Below are positions 43,149 through 55,700 of a stretch of 64,000 nt of DNA, in pieces. How positions within the stretch are numbered: position 1 is the stretch's first letter; each line of letters starts with the position of its first letter. The position numbers were made by a program, and so were the translations under genes. The notes below the pieces were generated by a model that was not told the DNA's origin, did no database searches, and saw only the letters and a program-made list of their open reading frames with translations. The stretch is from the NCBI GenBank assembly GCA_000165345.1, contig CM000434.1, positions 352,001-416,000 on the forward strand. Reading direction: 5' to 3'.

Positions 43149-44906
43149 TTACACTAAATCTATCGGTTCTATTTCATCCATTCTCTCTCCATTCCTAATC
43201 AATAGTGTTTTTTTTTTATCAGGGGATTCTACTCTCAATTTATAAATTGAATTTCTTTTTAAGTTACACACTGTATCTACCTTGCATCTCGGGCAATATG
43301 GATTTAAGTAGCCATTTATGCTATATATACGTTCATTGCATGATTTGCATAACCAAGATTCTTTTATTGCGTTTTGGTTGAATATTATCGATTCTGGATG
43401 TTCATCTTTACAAATGAGATTTGCATTACCCTCTGTCCAAATACCGCATTTTTTACATCTTACTGCATTGCAAATTTTGACTGAATTGATATTTCTTTTA
43501 AGCTCAGTCGTTTTATCTGCATCTTCTAACTCCAATAGTTTTTTTCTAAGTTGATTAGACTCCAATTTTTGAATTGTGTCATCACAAGATGTATTTAGTG
43601 ACACAACTTGGTCAATCTTAGAAAAAATACTATTAAAGTTTGAGTTTTGTTTTCCACTATTCTGCTTCACACCTGTTAAACTTCCCAACAATAAATTTCT
43701 TTCTTTATTCTCTCCCTTTGAAATTTTATCTTCGAAAGATGAGATCTTTTTATACATATCTTTCCAGTTTACATCTAAATGGGCTTCTGGAACTCGAAAA
43801 TTTTCATTTTTTTCGGGTATTTCGATTTTTATCCTTGGCCAGTATCCTTTACTATTACAGAGCTTATGCCTAACTCTCAAGGCAAATATTGCAGTCTCAA
43901 TTTCCATGGTTTTTAGTTCTAGATTTGAAATGGAGTGAATAATTCCACTTTTTATTATGACATCAAGGGATGTGCTAAAAGTATCGAAGTTTGACAGATA
44001 TCTCAGAATGCTTAGTACTTCGCTATTATTATTTTCTTTAATTGCTTTATTTAACTTGCCATTAAGATCAAAAATTTCGCGTTTACTCGATGTATCTTCA
44101 TCAAGATCAGTCCAAACGCGTTTTAATTGACTAGTATTAGGATGCTCAAATCCATTAAGGTTGGATTTTACTAACCTTCTAAATTTCATCTTATTTTCTT
44201 TCGAAATATGTTTCAACAAATCTGTTCTTTTACTTTCTATTTCTCCATCGCATGAAGGCTTATTATCATTTTGCAAGGTTGAAGGATATACTAATCGATT
44301 TTCATTTGATTTTTTTTTTAGATTTTCTATTGTCTTGGAAGAAATATGATGTTTACATAATTGCCCTTGATAGTTGGAATCGATAGGATTTGTGCATAAT
44401 GTTCCATTTTTATTTACCCCTTTACAAATAGAGAATCCATTAACTTTACCTACTTTGATAATTTGACTTAATTTTGAAATGCTTAAATAACTTTTAAAAT
44501 TTTTCCCATCAGAAGTAATTATTGACGGGTTAATGATTAGATATAAATATCCAATCAATTCATTTTGAAATTGTTCGAATACTTCTCCGAAGAGATATAA
44601 CCTGCATTTGCTACCTTTTAGATCAGTGATATTCCATATAGTATATCTTTTATTAATTTCATCATTCGAGTAATTTAAATCATCTGAAATTGAATAAAAC
44701 ACGATAAATACGTAACTAAAATTAAAATTATCTTTAGAAGTTGTACTGATTTGATCTAATCCAGATAACTTTAACAAACTCCCATTTTCAATCAACTTTT
44801 TCAACCTAACTTTTGGAATTAAAATATTTTCTAGAAATAGAGATGAATTCTCTTCAAATATTCGAGTATTTTTTTTCAAATTTTTTTCAATTTCTTCCAT
44901 AAACAT
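43149..44906 (-). CDS. Mcm10 homologue (OB-fold plus zinc finger internal domain, with a C-terminal zinc motif)
   Basis: The internal domain 'YTIWNITDLKGSKCRLYLFGEVFEQFQNELIGYLYLIINPSII...LSISKLSQIIKVGKVNGFSICKGVNKNGTLCTNPIDSNYQGQLCKHHIS' follows the Mcm10 OB-fold/CCCH pattern ('lFLFG.a...W....G.V.aiLNP.i....LSi........G...DfG.C.a.kk.G..C...vn......C.yH'). The C-terminus has two CxxC pairs ('CKKCGIW...CKSCNER...CPRCK'). Confidence 0.6.
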   Translation of the reverse strand: MFMEEIEKNLKKNTRIFEENSSLFLENILIPKVRLKKLIENGSLLKLSGLDQISTTSKDNFNFSYVFIVFYSISDDLNYSNDEINKRYTIWNITDLKGSKCRLYLFGEVFEQFQNELIGYLYLIINPSIITSDGKNFKSYLSISKLSQIIKVGKVNGFSICKGVNKNGTLCTNPIDSNYQGQLCKHHISSKTIENLKKKSNENRLVYPSTLQNDNKPSCDGEIESKRTDLLKHISKENKMKFRRLVKSNLNGFEHPNTSQLKRVWTDLDEDTSSKREIFDLNGKLNKAIKENNNSEVLSILRYLSNFDTFSTSLDVIIKSGIIHSISNLELKTMEIETAIFALRVRHKLCNSKGYWPRIKIEIPEKNENFRVPEAHLDVNWKDMYKKISSFEDKISKGENKERNLLLGSLTGVKQNSGKQNSNFNSIFSKIDQVVSLNTSCDDTIQKLESNQLRKKLLELEDADKTTELKRNINSVKICNAVRCKKCGIWTEGNANLICKDEHPESIIFNQNAIKESWLCKSCNERIYSINGYLNPYCPRCKVDTVCNLKRNSIYKLRVESPDKKKTLLIRNGERMDEIEPIDLV

Positions 44907-45246
44907 TCAGAATTCGCACAAAAAAAAACATGTGGGGAGAATTAAATAAGTAAAGTTTATAAAGAATTGAGCTTATGAACATTTATATTAATTTTTAAAA
45001 TAAATAATAAATATAAATATTTAATTTAACTGATGCATTTTTCTTATTAAAATTGAAATAAAGAGCTGTGTCCACATAAATAACTTCCACACGTATAATA
45101 TTTGGTAATGCCAATACAAAAAATATAAAGTGAGGAATAAAAAAATAATTTTGAATAGAATGTAAACATAGTTTTACGCAAGCATTTTTTTTTTTCATTT
45201 ATGAGGAGATAAATTAGGAAGTCTAATAATTGTTTTAATACAGCGA

Positions 45247-46092
45247 ATGCTATATAAAATGGATGAAGAATGTTTTAATGTACACTCTCCTGGAGTTTTT
45301 GAGGTTAGAAAGGCAGGGAAAAGTTTTAGGAAATCTGCTCCTGCTGTAGTTAGAGCGATACCAAGAGTAAATAAAAGATATGCTAAGCCACCTTTTTCTG
45401 TGGAACAATTGGAAAAAATATGTGCAGATTATATTCGTCCATATAGGCAGATTTATAGAAATGCTGTATTAACTTATACAGAGAGAAAAATAAAAAGTAA
45501 AAGGAAATGCGAGTTATTCAGAAAAGTCTTGTTGAACAGAGAAAATTTATATTTCAATAGTCTGAAAAAATGCGTAATTTTTGATACAGATTGGGCTAAA
45601 GAGAAACTTAAACAAGAAGAAAATAAAATAATATCATTGACAAATAATGAAACAAAATCTTTGATAGATATATATTTATTGAGATCAGTTGCAAATGAAA
45701 AGACAAATAAACAAAGAGAGCTTTTAGTAAAGCTCAAACAATTTTGGTCTGAATATCCAGAAAAACTTAACAAAAAAATCGAGTTTGAAAGAAATAAAGT
45801 ATTGGATATGATGAAATTAATTGGCGAGTCGAAGCTGAAGGGTGAACTAGTAATTGAAACGACCCAGGATATTTCAATAAATTCATCTCGACCGAATACA
45901 TTCACCAACAATGATAAGTTCTCTTTAGAACAACTAGAGCAAATTAGGCTGATGGCTACAGGATACGAGGTCACAACAGGAAAATTTTCAGTAATGATTA
46001 ATAATTTGACTCAAAGGATCGATCATATTCTAGGGGCAGAAAAAAGATTAAATAATGTTGCGAAAGCTTTAGTTTTGAACTCTGAAAAATAG
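45247..46092 (+). CDS. Hypothetical protein (281 aa), basic, with predicted coiled-coil segments. Family unknown.
   Basis: ATG-initiated ORF with protein-like composition. I recognise no motif. Its stop lies only 80 bp before the start of the next gene. Confidence 0.4.
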   Translation: MLYKMDEECFNVHSPGVFEVRKAGKSFRKSAPAVVRAIPRVNKRYAKPPFSVEQLEKICADYIRPYRQIYRNAVLTYTERKIKSKRKCELFRKVLLNRENLYFNSLKKCVIFDTDWAKEKLKQEENKIISLTNNETKSLIDIYLLRSVANEKTNKQRELLVKLKQFWSEYPEKLNKKIEFERNKVLDMMKLIGESKLKGELVIETTQDISINSSRPNTFTNNDKFSLEQLEQIRLMATGYEVTTGKFSVMINNLTQRIDHILGAEKRLNNVAKALVLNSEK

Positions 46093-46172
46093 ATGTAAAG
46101 AAATACATTTTAGCGCCATTAAATTCGTATTTTTCTCCATGAAACGTTGAATTACCGTGAGTCTTGATAAAA

Positions 46173-46709
46173 ATGAGTGCAAGGTTAAGTATTGAAGATG
46201 TAATTGAGAGGATGGAGGACGAAAAACTTCGCTTGCTACAAAATCAGTCTGTTACGAGATATGACCCTAATGTTAGAGGCCGACATTCTGTTGTTTGTAG
46301 GCATTGGATTAGAAATATGTGTATGAAGGGGGATTTTTGCGATTTTTTGCACCAATATAATTATGAGAGAATGCCACCATGCTTTATATATCAAAAGTAT
46401 GGCGTATGCGTGGATGAGGCACTAGGGAATTGCCCCTTCAAACACAAGGCAGATGACACACCACTTTGCGCGCAATATTTCCTTGGGTTTTGTAAATATG
46501 GGCCTAAGTGTAAAAGGCGTCATGAGCCAAAAGCAAGACACGAAATACCAGATTTTCTTCCCGACTCATTCCTATTATCTATAATACAGGACAAAAATTT
46601 AATACCTAAAATGGATCCAGAAACATCTTCCATCATCAAAGTATTAGATGACATTTGCAAAGAAAGCTATGCACAAGCTGTGTGCTCGGAAGTATCAAGT
46701 AATATTTAA
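46173..46709 (+). CDS. CPSF30/Yth1-type CCCH zinc-finger cleavage and polyadenylation factor subunit. The ORF-track TTG at 46164 is replaced by the ATG at 46173.
   Basis: Three tandem CCCH fingers are present: 'CRHWIRNMCMKGDFCDFLHQYNYERMPPCFIYQKYGVCVDEALGNCPFKH...PLCAQYFLGFCKYGPKCKRRHE'. They align to CPSF30 '[46 protein letters not shown]...CPWYDRGFCKHGPLCRHRH'. Confidence 0.8.
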   Translation: MSARLSIEDVIERMEDEKLRLLQNQSVTRYDPNVRGRHSVVCRHWIRNMCMKGDFCDFLHQYNYERMPPCFIYQKYGVCVDEALGNCPFKHKADDTPLCAQYFLGFCKYGPKCKRRHEPKARHEIPDFLPDSFLLSIIQDKNLIPKMDPETSSIIKVLDDICKESYAQAVCSEVSSNI

Positions 46710-46796
46710 TAATCTCGCATTTACTATCTAATTTACTTAATTGATCGTTTTTGATCACTTTTTAGGGAATTTTGATCTAATTTTTTCAAAAATCAC

Positions 46797-49700
46797 TTAT
46801 AGCCACGGCATCCATGTTGGCTTCATGGCAGAAAGGTTTTTAGGATCCGTAGAACATTCTATCAGCTCAAGTACACTTCTGTCAATGAGTTGACTATTTT
46901 CATTGATTGGCCTAGGATTAGTTAATACTGCTATTTTCTCCATCATCCTGCGAACATTTCTATCTACTTTCTCCCTAATTTCAACGTTAGAAAGTAATCT
47001 TTGCTGCATTATCTGGGAAATTGTGTTCTGAGAATGGTCATTTGCTGTGTTGGGCGAGTTTATGACTGTTTGCGAACTATTATCAAAGTCCGATTCTACG
47101 GAAGGGTTATTTGGTTTTTGATATAAATTACGATTTTGAGGGATCTGTAAAGCTCTATGGACAGAAAATGCATGCAAATCGTCTCTAAGCAGGGAGCAGA
47201 GTAAATTTCTTACGTGAAACTCATATTTTTGTAGACATTGAGCAAATGCGAGCATAGTACCTGGAAGGATACCATTCTTACCGAAGGGACCCATTAAATG
47301 TTCCATATTTCTTGTTAACCTAAAAGGAACCTTTTCAGTTTTATCAATAAGCAGTGTGGATGAGACATAAGAGGATTTTAATTCTGATTGATAAACCTGC
47401 CCAGTATCCAACGAAATAAATAGTTTTCCGGGAGTAACATCATTTACACCTAGAATATATGAAAATATTGACAGTAAACCCAAGTGAGTAGTAAACTGTT
47501 TAGTGAATAAAAATGATTGGTCATGCGAGTTGAACTTTCTTAAAATACTTCTTTTAAAGATATTATCTGGGACCCAGTTATCACACAGCTCAGTATAAAT
47601 TTTTAGCATTTCCTTATCAAGTTGTGAATTATTTATATTATTCAACTTCCTGAGTGAGATATTGATAAGCTTTCTATGAAGTAATATCGGGAAGTCAAGG
47701 TCTTTTATTGGGCATGTACAGTTACTGCTATTCGCTTCCTCTTCAAAAAGTTCGGTAAAGCTCTTCTTATTTCCTGTATCTTCAATGATACGGCAACGTG
47801 GATGCAATGGTATACAAGGTTGTATTGCAAAAGAAATATTTCTGGACCTGGTTTCCTTATATTTATATAAAAGTGTATTTAGTGTAACTTGAAGATGAAG
47901 AATGCGTTCCTCAACCTTTTGTTGAAGCCCACTATATGGCTGAATTAAGAAGTGTATAGTACTTCCACTAGAAGTGATAAATCCTATTCTTTTCAGTGTG
48001 TATGATTGTCTTACAACCGTTTCAACTGTAGGCAATGATCTATGTAGGTATATAACACCACCAATCGGATTATTACTATTTGTGTTTTCTAAAACAGCAA
48101 AATTTCTTAAGTAGAGACTTTCAGAGACAATTCTCAAATATTGTCCAGGAACTTCCAAACGAATATTGATTCTATGGAATAGATCGCAGAGAGTAGTTGA
48201 GAAATCCGATAACAGAGACTTTCCTCTGATATTTTCATTTGAATACCTTTCTGTACATTTAGTAAAGTGATCTTTCCACTTCTTGAGCTTTTCCAAGACA
48301 TAGTCGAGTTTTAATTGTGAAACCCTTTCAATAGGAGGGTTTGTGTTATTACATAGATAAACATGAAAGTCATTTTTAAATTCGTTCCAATATTGTTTGA
48401 TAATGTTCTTAGATCTTTCGAAAGATTTATTATTCAAGGATGAAGACTTATTCAATAACTGCTCGTACCTTCTAATGATATTGTGTTCCAAAAAGTGTGT
48501 TCCTATATTTGGGAAAATGTCGGATGCTTTTGTATCACTCAAATTCGAATCTTGAACAATGATTGATTCATCATTAATGGGGGAGATTTCAATTGTCATT
48601 TGGAATAATGTACGTATTGCACATAAGAGTTCATCAAGTGGGTCAGGTTTACAGTGTAGTACAATGTCTTCAACCCAGTGTTCAAGAGCTAAAGTTAGTG
48701 CGCCGTGTCTAATTCTACAAGTATTCATCAGTGATTCAATTCTTTGCCATCCCAAAGAAATAAAACTTGGATAAATTCCAGAAGAAGGCGGAGGAGGAGG
48801 ACCCTGGCTTGTATTTTCAGTTTCAGAATTAGAGGATAAATACCAATACATGTGAGCCATTTCTCTTTTTTCAAGATAGCTACTTCTAATATTAAAATAA
48901 ATACTTTGTGGGAATATTAACACAATCTTGTTTAAAATATGCAAAATAGCACTTCCTTCAATTCTATCTATTCCAGCTATCAATTGAGGAATCCATGGAA
49001 GCCAAACAGCGCAAGGTAAATGATCCGAATATTTTTTAAATGCTAATGAGAGATATTTTCCATCAGGAGAGTCATGTGGCAATAACCAAAGTACCCTTGA
49101 AAGTAAAATAGAGTATTTATCTGGCCTTAAATATATTCCCATTAAGTAAGAGATTACTGCATTAACTGCATAACTCATGTTTTGGTGTATATATAATAGC
49201 CTATCAGTATATTGAGCCCAAGTGATCCATCCTCTTGCGAATAGTGGATATACCTTTAAAGAAGAAAGTAAGTCTGCATTAACACGAACAACTGAAGTAC
49301 TAATACCTGTAGCAGACGTATTATTTAAACCAGGGTGTCCTTGTTCTGAGTTTAATACATTGCTTCCTGTTACAGAGTTTGCATTATTTGGAATTTCGCC
49401 ATCAATATAATAATTAGGATATAATTTATTTGAAATAATCCCCTTTAACCTCAGAAATTCTGCCCTGTATTCATCAAAATAAGGTTCCGGGCATTTTTGG
49501 AAATCAGTCATATTAAGGATATTTAGGCCAGTTCTTAATTGAGTAGTATCAGATAAGCAAAGCTTAACTTTTTCCAAAGTCGCGAGAAATGTTTCTGCCC
49601 TATATGCATCTCCTCCTGAAACCTGTAAATGATTTTGTAATCTCTGTAGCAATGCAACCGAGACCTCTGGTAAACGATGGGATTTCCTCGCAATTGATGC

Positions 49701-52700
49701 GAATTTTATCATTGTCCAGGGCATATCCTGCAAATAACTTGGCCAAAGAGATTTTGCTTGAGAAGTTAAATGGTCTGACCTACTAATTAGATTCATAATG
49801 ATAGAGAAAACAAAGTTTCTCCATACAAAAAGATCGTTCCATAATATCATACTGTCCCACTTATTAGGCAATCTATCTCTCCATACATTCAACATTCTGG
49901 CCTCAAAATAACCTGGCGTTGAGTTGCTTGTATTCTGAAGGTTCGAATGTGAGTTAATATTTACATGGGAATTTGGATTCCCTGTATTAATTGATTGTGA
50001 GCTTTGAGCAAGATTATTTGCATTTGAGTGATGAATAATATAGTTTGAACCAAAATTTGCAGTATTCTGAACAATATTACCGTTTAAGGAGTGATTAATA
50101 TTGCTATTTGGACCATCTGGGTAAAGTTTTCTTTCTATATCTGATGAGAGTCTGAAGCCTTCTTGCAGCTCTATATATTGCTGGAAATTTAACAGTAGAG
50201 GAACATGACATGTAGTTACTACGCTTGGTAGCATAGCCCAAAAATTTAGCACAGTTCTATAGCCAATTGAACAGTGGCGTTCAAATTCGGCTAGTTTTGA
50301 TCTCGAACTATTTTGAATTATGCTTTGTGAAAACTGCTGGCAGTAAGCACCATTATTTAAGTTTTGACTATTTGTTGAATTATTTACTCGATTCTGGTTA
50401 CTTATATTAGTACTAGAGTTAGACAGCGATTCTTGAGTTCCCTTACTTTGCAAATTCCAATTGTTATTAATTCCTCCTAATAGCAAGTCATATAAAGAAT
50501 GATATGCTTGACATAACTTTGTAATAGGGTTATGCAGAATATACTTGTTGACTAGTTTCTCCACTAAAACCCAATCTTGTAGTTTTGATGAGCATTCCAA
50601 TTGAAGTTGAGGGTTTCTGCGCTCCTTAGCAAACTCGTTTAGGGTATTCCATTGATTTAGATGCTTTGCGCAAGCAACCCAACTATCTATCCAAATCATT
50701 GTTTCATTATTTAATAGTGATGAATCAGAGTTTTCAAAAATTCTTGCCCAATTTAGAATATTATGGCTACAATCTGCATTACTATTAGTAGCTTTAGAAC
50801 TTGAATTATATATTGCATCAAGGTTATTGTAAAATATTTCCTGTGCTTTACTCCACTCCGCCTGCTGCATTAGCGCTAATCCCATATGGGTTTCGAGACA
50901 ATTGGAAAATGACCTTCTAATGCCAATTACAATGTCTTCTTCTTGTAATTCCCCATAAATTTGTGCCAATATCATCCAAGAACTATCGGGTCCATCATCT
51001 TGAACTAAGTTATTTTTAAAATCATGATTACAATTCACTTTAGAAATAAAGTTATTTTCTTTCTTATTAATGTTTGCTTGGGAGTTACTCGTATTAATCT
51101 GGTTACTTAAATAGTTAGATGCAATATGCCAACATCTTAATTTCGTTGATAAATGCAAAAGCAAAGTTGCCGGTAAAATAGGTGGATTGTCACATGATAG
51201 TAGGGAATCAAGTATAACATGCGGTATTGTCCATTCAGAAGGCATTGCTGAACTCACTCTATGATGTCTTTCTTTAGAAAGCAATTCAATAATATCAAGC
51301 GTTAATTCATTTCTTTGTTGGTGCTCCAAGTTATTCCAAATCCACGGAAAAATAGTTTTCCAAAGAGAGATTGAAATGGATTCGCTTGTACTTGAGAAGA
51401 ACAATAAAGAGTCGATTGCTAAACCTGGATTCCGTTTCAGGTTCCCAATAACATCATCTAATAAATCGAATTTCACTTGCCCAGCTACAAAATTATTATG
51501 CTGTGGTCTGTTAATTAGCGAAGAATTAGATTGATCGCTACTTGAGCTGTCTAGTATGCAAATCAAAGATATATCACTACTAGTGCTCGCATTGTCATCT
51601 TCATAATTCTCTTTTAATTTTAAATTTTGTAGTTCCCACCATTCTAATTCTACTTCTGTTAAGTTAGTCTTAAAATCATTTGTCTTAAATGATTGATAGC
51701 TTTCATTTGAGGATTTATCTAATTTATTAATAATTTGTTGCTCTATTGAGGGAAGAATAGATGGGAATGCTCCCATTTTATTGCTGATGATTGAACTTTT
51801 TTCACTAAAAGTCATTGTAGGCATTAGCAATTCTAGAAATTGAGTTATATAGAATCTCTCTGCAAGCACATCAAAATTTGATGTTGTGAATAAATATCGA
51901 AGCCTACCGAACAAATCTTTTGGCAGCTTTTCATTAAACCATTTTAGAAATCCAAGTTTTATTTTTGGATGAGGCGAAGCCAAACCTAAAAGTGCGCATT
52001 TCTCAAGTTGAGTCAGTGCCTTTTCTGTAAAGACAAAGGTATTAGCTTGTTTAAGAACAATATTGTTAGAAGAGCCTTCGATTTTTGCTTTGAGATTTCC
52101 CTCATAATTTAAAATAATTTTCAGAATTTCATCCTCGTGATTATTTAGAATTTCCTCCAAAAACGAATGGTATATTAGATGCATTTCAAATCTACGATTT
52201 CTATCGCATATTAAAGACCATCCTGTCAAAAGCGTAATCACTAACTCGTATTTCAAAACTTTAATAGAAGTCTCATCAGTTTTGTTTTTGTAATCTAAAT
52301 TCGAATAGAATTTTAATATTTCATCTAAATTATACACTTTAATTCTTCTCTTTCCCTCAAAATCATTCTCGACCGATTCATTCGAATCAACTATCAAAGA
52401 GTTGCAAACAAACAAATTTGAACCTTCTTCTACCTCAATTTCTAGCTTCTCCGATAAATAACTATTGATATTCAACTGATGATTAAATATCCATCGTCCA
52501 AGAATACTCATTAATAGATGAACAATCCCACCTTGAAATGTTATCAATCCAAAATCTCTCAGTAGAACAATAATATGTTGTCTAAAAACATTGCTATTTA
52601 AGCTTTTCATTGTAAAATATGGTGAAATCAAAATTAGTTGAAACAAGTCCGCACAGTTATTTAGTATAGAAGTATTTGATCCATTCAAATGTTGTAGTGC

Positions 52701-55700
52701 ATTAGAGACCGTATGATTTAGATTTTGAGTGTTTGATCTTGAGGTTGAAATATTCGTGTTTTTATTAGCATTTGATATGTTTGATTTTCCGGATAAAGCG
52801 CTCGGCTGTAAGCTGTTTAAATTCTGCGAGTTAGAACTACTATAATAAGCGAGAGCCTTATCCAAAACATATATTATTAATGGAGAAAAGTATCTGAGAA
52901 ACATAACAGCAATTTCTGTTGTTTCTTCTTGAGATTTATGGACATCTTGTTCGTTCAAGGCAATACCCAAGACCATAAACGATGAAATAATTTTGATAGA
53001 AGTATGAAGCGAGATATTTCTTCCAGAACAATTCGTAGTTTGCTCTGAGTATTGTAGAAGATTCGAATTATCATTTGTTGTAGTCTGGTTATTTGATGTA
53101 ACTTTGGCTGGGAATAGTTCTGGTAACACCGATAATTCTTGATTTACTAGGGACCAAATACCAGAAGTTGAAATATCAATTAATCTAATATAGAATGAAT
53201 CTATTTTGTTATCTACTGTTAATTTTTTTGACAGAGGAACCTTGAAGTTGTCAACATAATTATAATCCAATTCTCTAGGCTGGCGATCACTATTTTGAAT
53301 ATTTTCTTCATTAGAATATATAAAATTTACAATTTTTGTTATAGAGTCTTTTAGTTGCGTCGAAGGATGAGGGATTATTTGAATTATCTTACAAATTAAC
53401 ACATATAGAGCTTCAGAGACATTCTTATCATTTGAAACAAAAGCAGGCTCAAGAATTTGTAGAATTGAATCTAATTGCATGATTATTGTGGCAGAGGTTT
53501 GATGGATGCAGAAAACCTGAAGCCCTGCGATAAGTGTCAATTGAAAAGCAATGAGGTTTGGCGAAATAGTTTGATGCTGACTGTTTAGCCCTTGGCTATT
53601 AGTACTCGGATTCTGTGAAATATTGGATCTGGTAGAGCTAGAAATCGATGATAAATGAGAATTATTACTTAAATTAAAACCTATATCCAACCAACTGATT
53701 TGTACTTTGCAATTTGGATAAATTAAAATAATTTTCGATATAGTGCTGAATGATTTTGAAACGATCTTGTGGTCACTACTAGATGCCAATAAAGCAAGCC
53801 TAAACCAAATTGTTATAACTAAATCAATAATTGAGACGGAAGATGTTTCATCTTCAATTTTTAATAATTCTGCAAGTTGCGGAATTGATGAAATATCAAT
53901 AGTTGCATTTGCAACATTTCTATATTCTTTACCAACTCCTGAACATATACTTTGGTTGTTTTTTTCATCTTTACTAATTGAATGGGATATCCTTCTTCTT
54001 TTTAATTCCAAGTTATCATCAGAATCGATACAATGACTCGAAACTCCTATATTCACTTCAGCATCAAAATTACACACCCAATTAGTGATTACAATTAATA
54101 TACCAAAAATCATTCTTTTCATTTCAGGTAGGAAGGGAATATTCAAAATATTATTTGAAGGGAATGCAGATTGACCAAAGTTGTTCGTCATACCAGAGTT
54201 GCTGCCTGCATAGGATGAACTTGTAGATTGAGAGCTATTTTGACCAACTGAACCAAACCCCCATAGTAATTTGGTTAAAGTTGATAAAACTGGAGAAAGA
54301 AGATAAATATATTCAAATGCAAATATATTAGGGCGAAGTGTGATAATATTCCAGTGATACAATTGTTGTTGTAAAGGCAAATTATAACTATCTTGAATTA
54401 GTATTGCAATCATCAACCTAAGCCAGTTAGAAAATAGCGTTTCAGGGGTTTTGTCTTTAATAAATAGTTTAGGAGGTGAAGGTATTAGAGAAAATAAGCT
54501 TTTATCACTTTCATTTTCTGGTGAAAAAATATTTAGTGTATCATCTTTGATGATCGGTTTGATATTGTGCAAAAGTGGAATAAATAAATTCAGAGCTCTT
54601 CGAACAGTAAGTCTAACTTCAGAAACTCCATAAAGCCTTGTAAGAGCTACCAACATTGAAAACAAAATCTTCTCTGGAAAAGGATATTTTTCTACAAAGT
54701 AACACATAGTAATGTAGCCCCAAGACTTGAGCAAAGAAGATTCAGTTCTCAAAATATTCCAAACATCCTTTATAAGTCTTTTTCTGTTATTGGATATTGT
54801 TTCTAGAGAGTATTTATTCTTCACAAGTAAAATAAGAAGTTTAAGTATCTCTATTTTAAGAGGATCATCTGTTGCAGAAAGTCCATTGGTTCCATGTAAT
54901 GGGATTACATTTCTTTCCAAACTTGGAAGTATTATTCTGGTTATTATACCTTCACAAATATAGTCATTTAACCATGAATCTTCACTATGACGAATTTTCT
55001 CATTGTTTCTATTGAATTCGTATTCTAACAGTGGAATCAGTATAAGCTGTATACATGCAATTTGAGTACCAGGTAGAATTGAAGATGTATCTATATTAGG
55101 TCCACTTGGATAATATCTTTGAATGAGTTGGTTAAAAAGTAAACGCTTTTCTTGATTTGAAAGAGTTTTTGGAACTGTACAAATAAGGAAATCGCGAAAA
55201 GCACCACTATCAAGAGTTGAACTTGTACCAAAAAGAGTAGCAATTGTCAAAATAACGTCAATCCTTCTTCTTTTCAAATGTTCTTTTACATCTTGCCCGT
55301 GAATAATTGTCGAGAGCAATGATATAATTAATTCTTTAGATGGGTAAATTGGTTGATTATTTAAGGTAGAGTTTGATGTTGAGCTAATTGAATTGTGAGA
55401 ATTATTTGCGTGCAAAGATGAATTCAAATTGTTATTAGAATTCTGTATATTCTGCCTCATCTGGTGTGAAGTAAACGAAAAGCTATTAGAAAATGTTTGA
55501 TCTTCAGTTAAATTTTGCCTCTGAAAAGATGAGGTAGAAGATTGAGAAAAGTTGGTAATCGATGAGGTATTTGAAGGAAGGCTAACTGCTGAATATAATA
55601 CACTTTTCATTGAATTCTGGACGGATAAAATATCGTTAATAATTTCGTCGCCCACCCTGTTACCATAGCATTTTTTTTCAAGGTATTCCTTATTTTGTAC

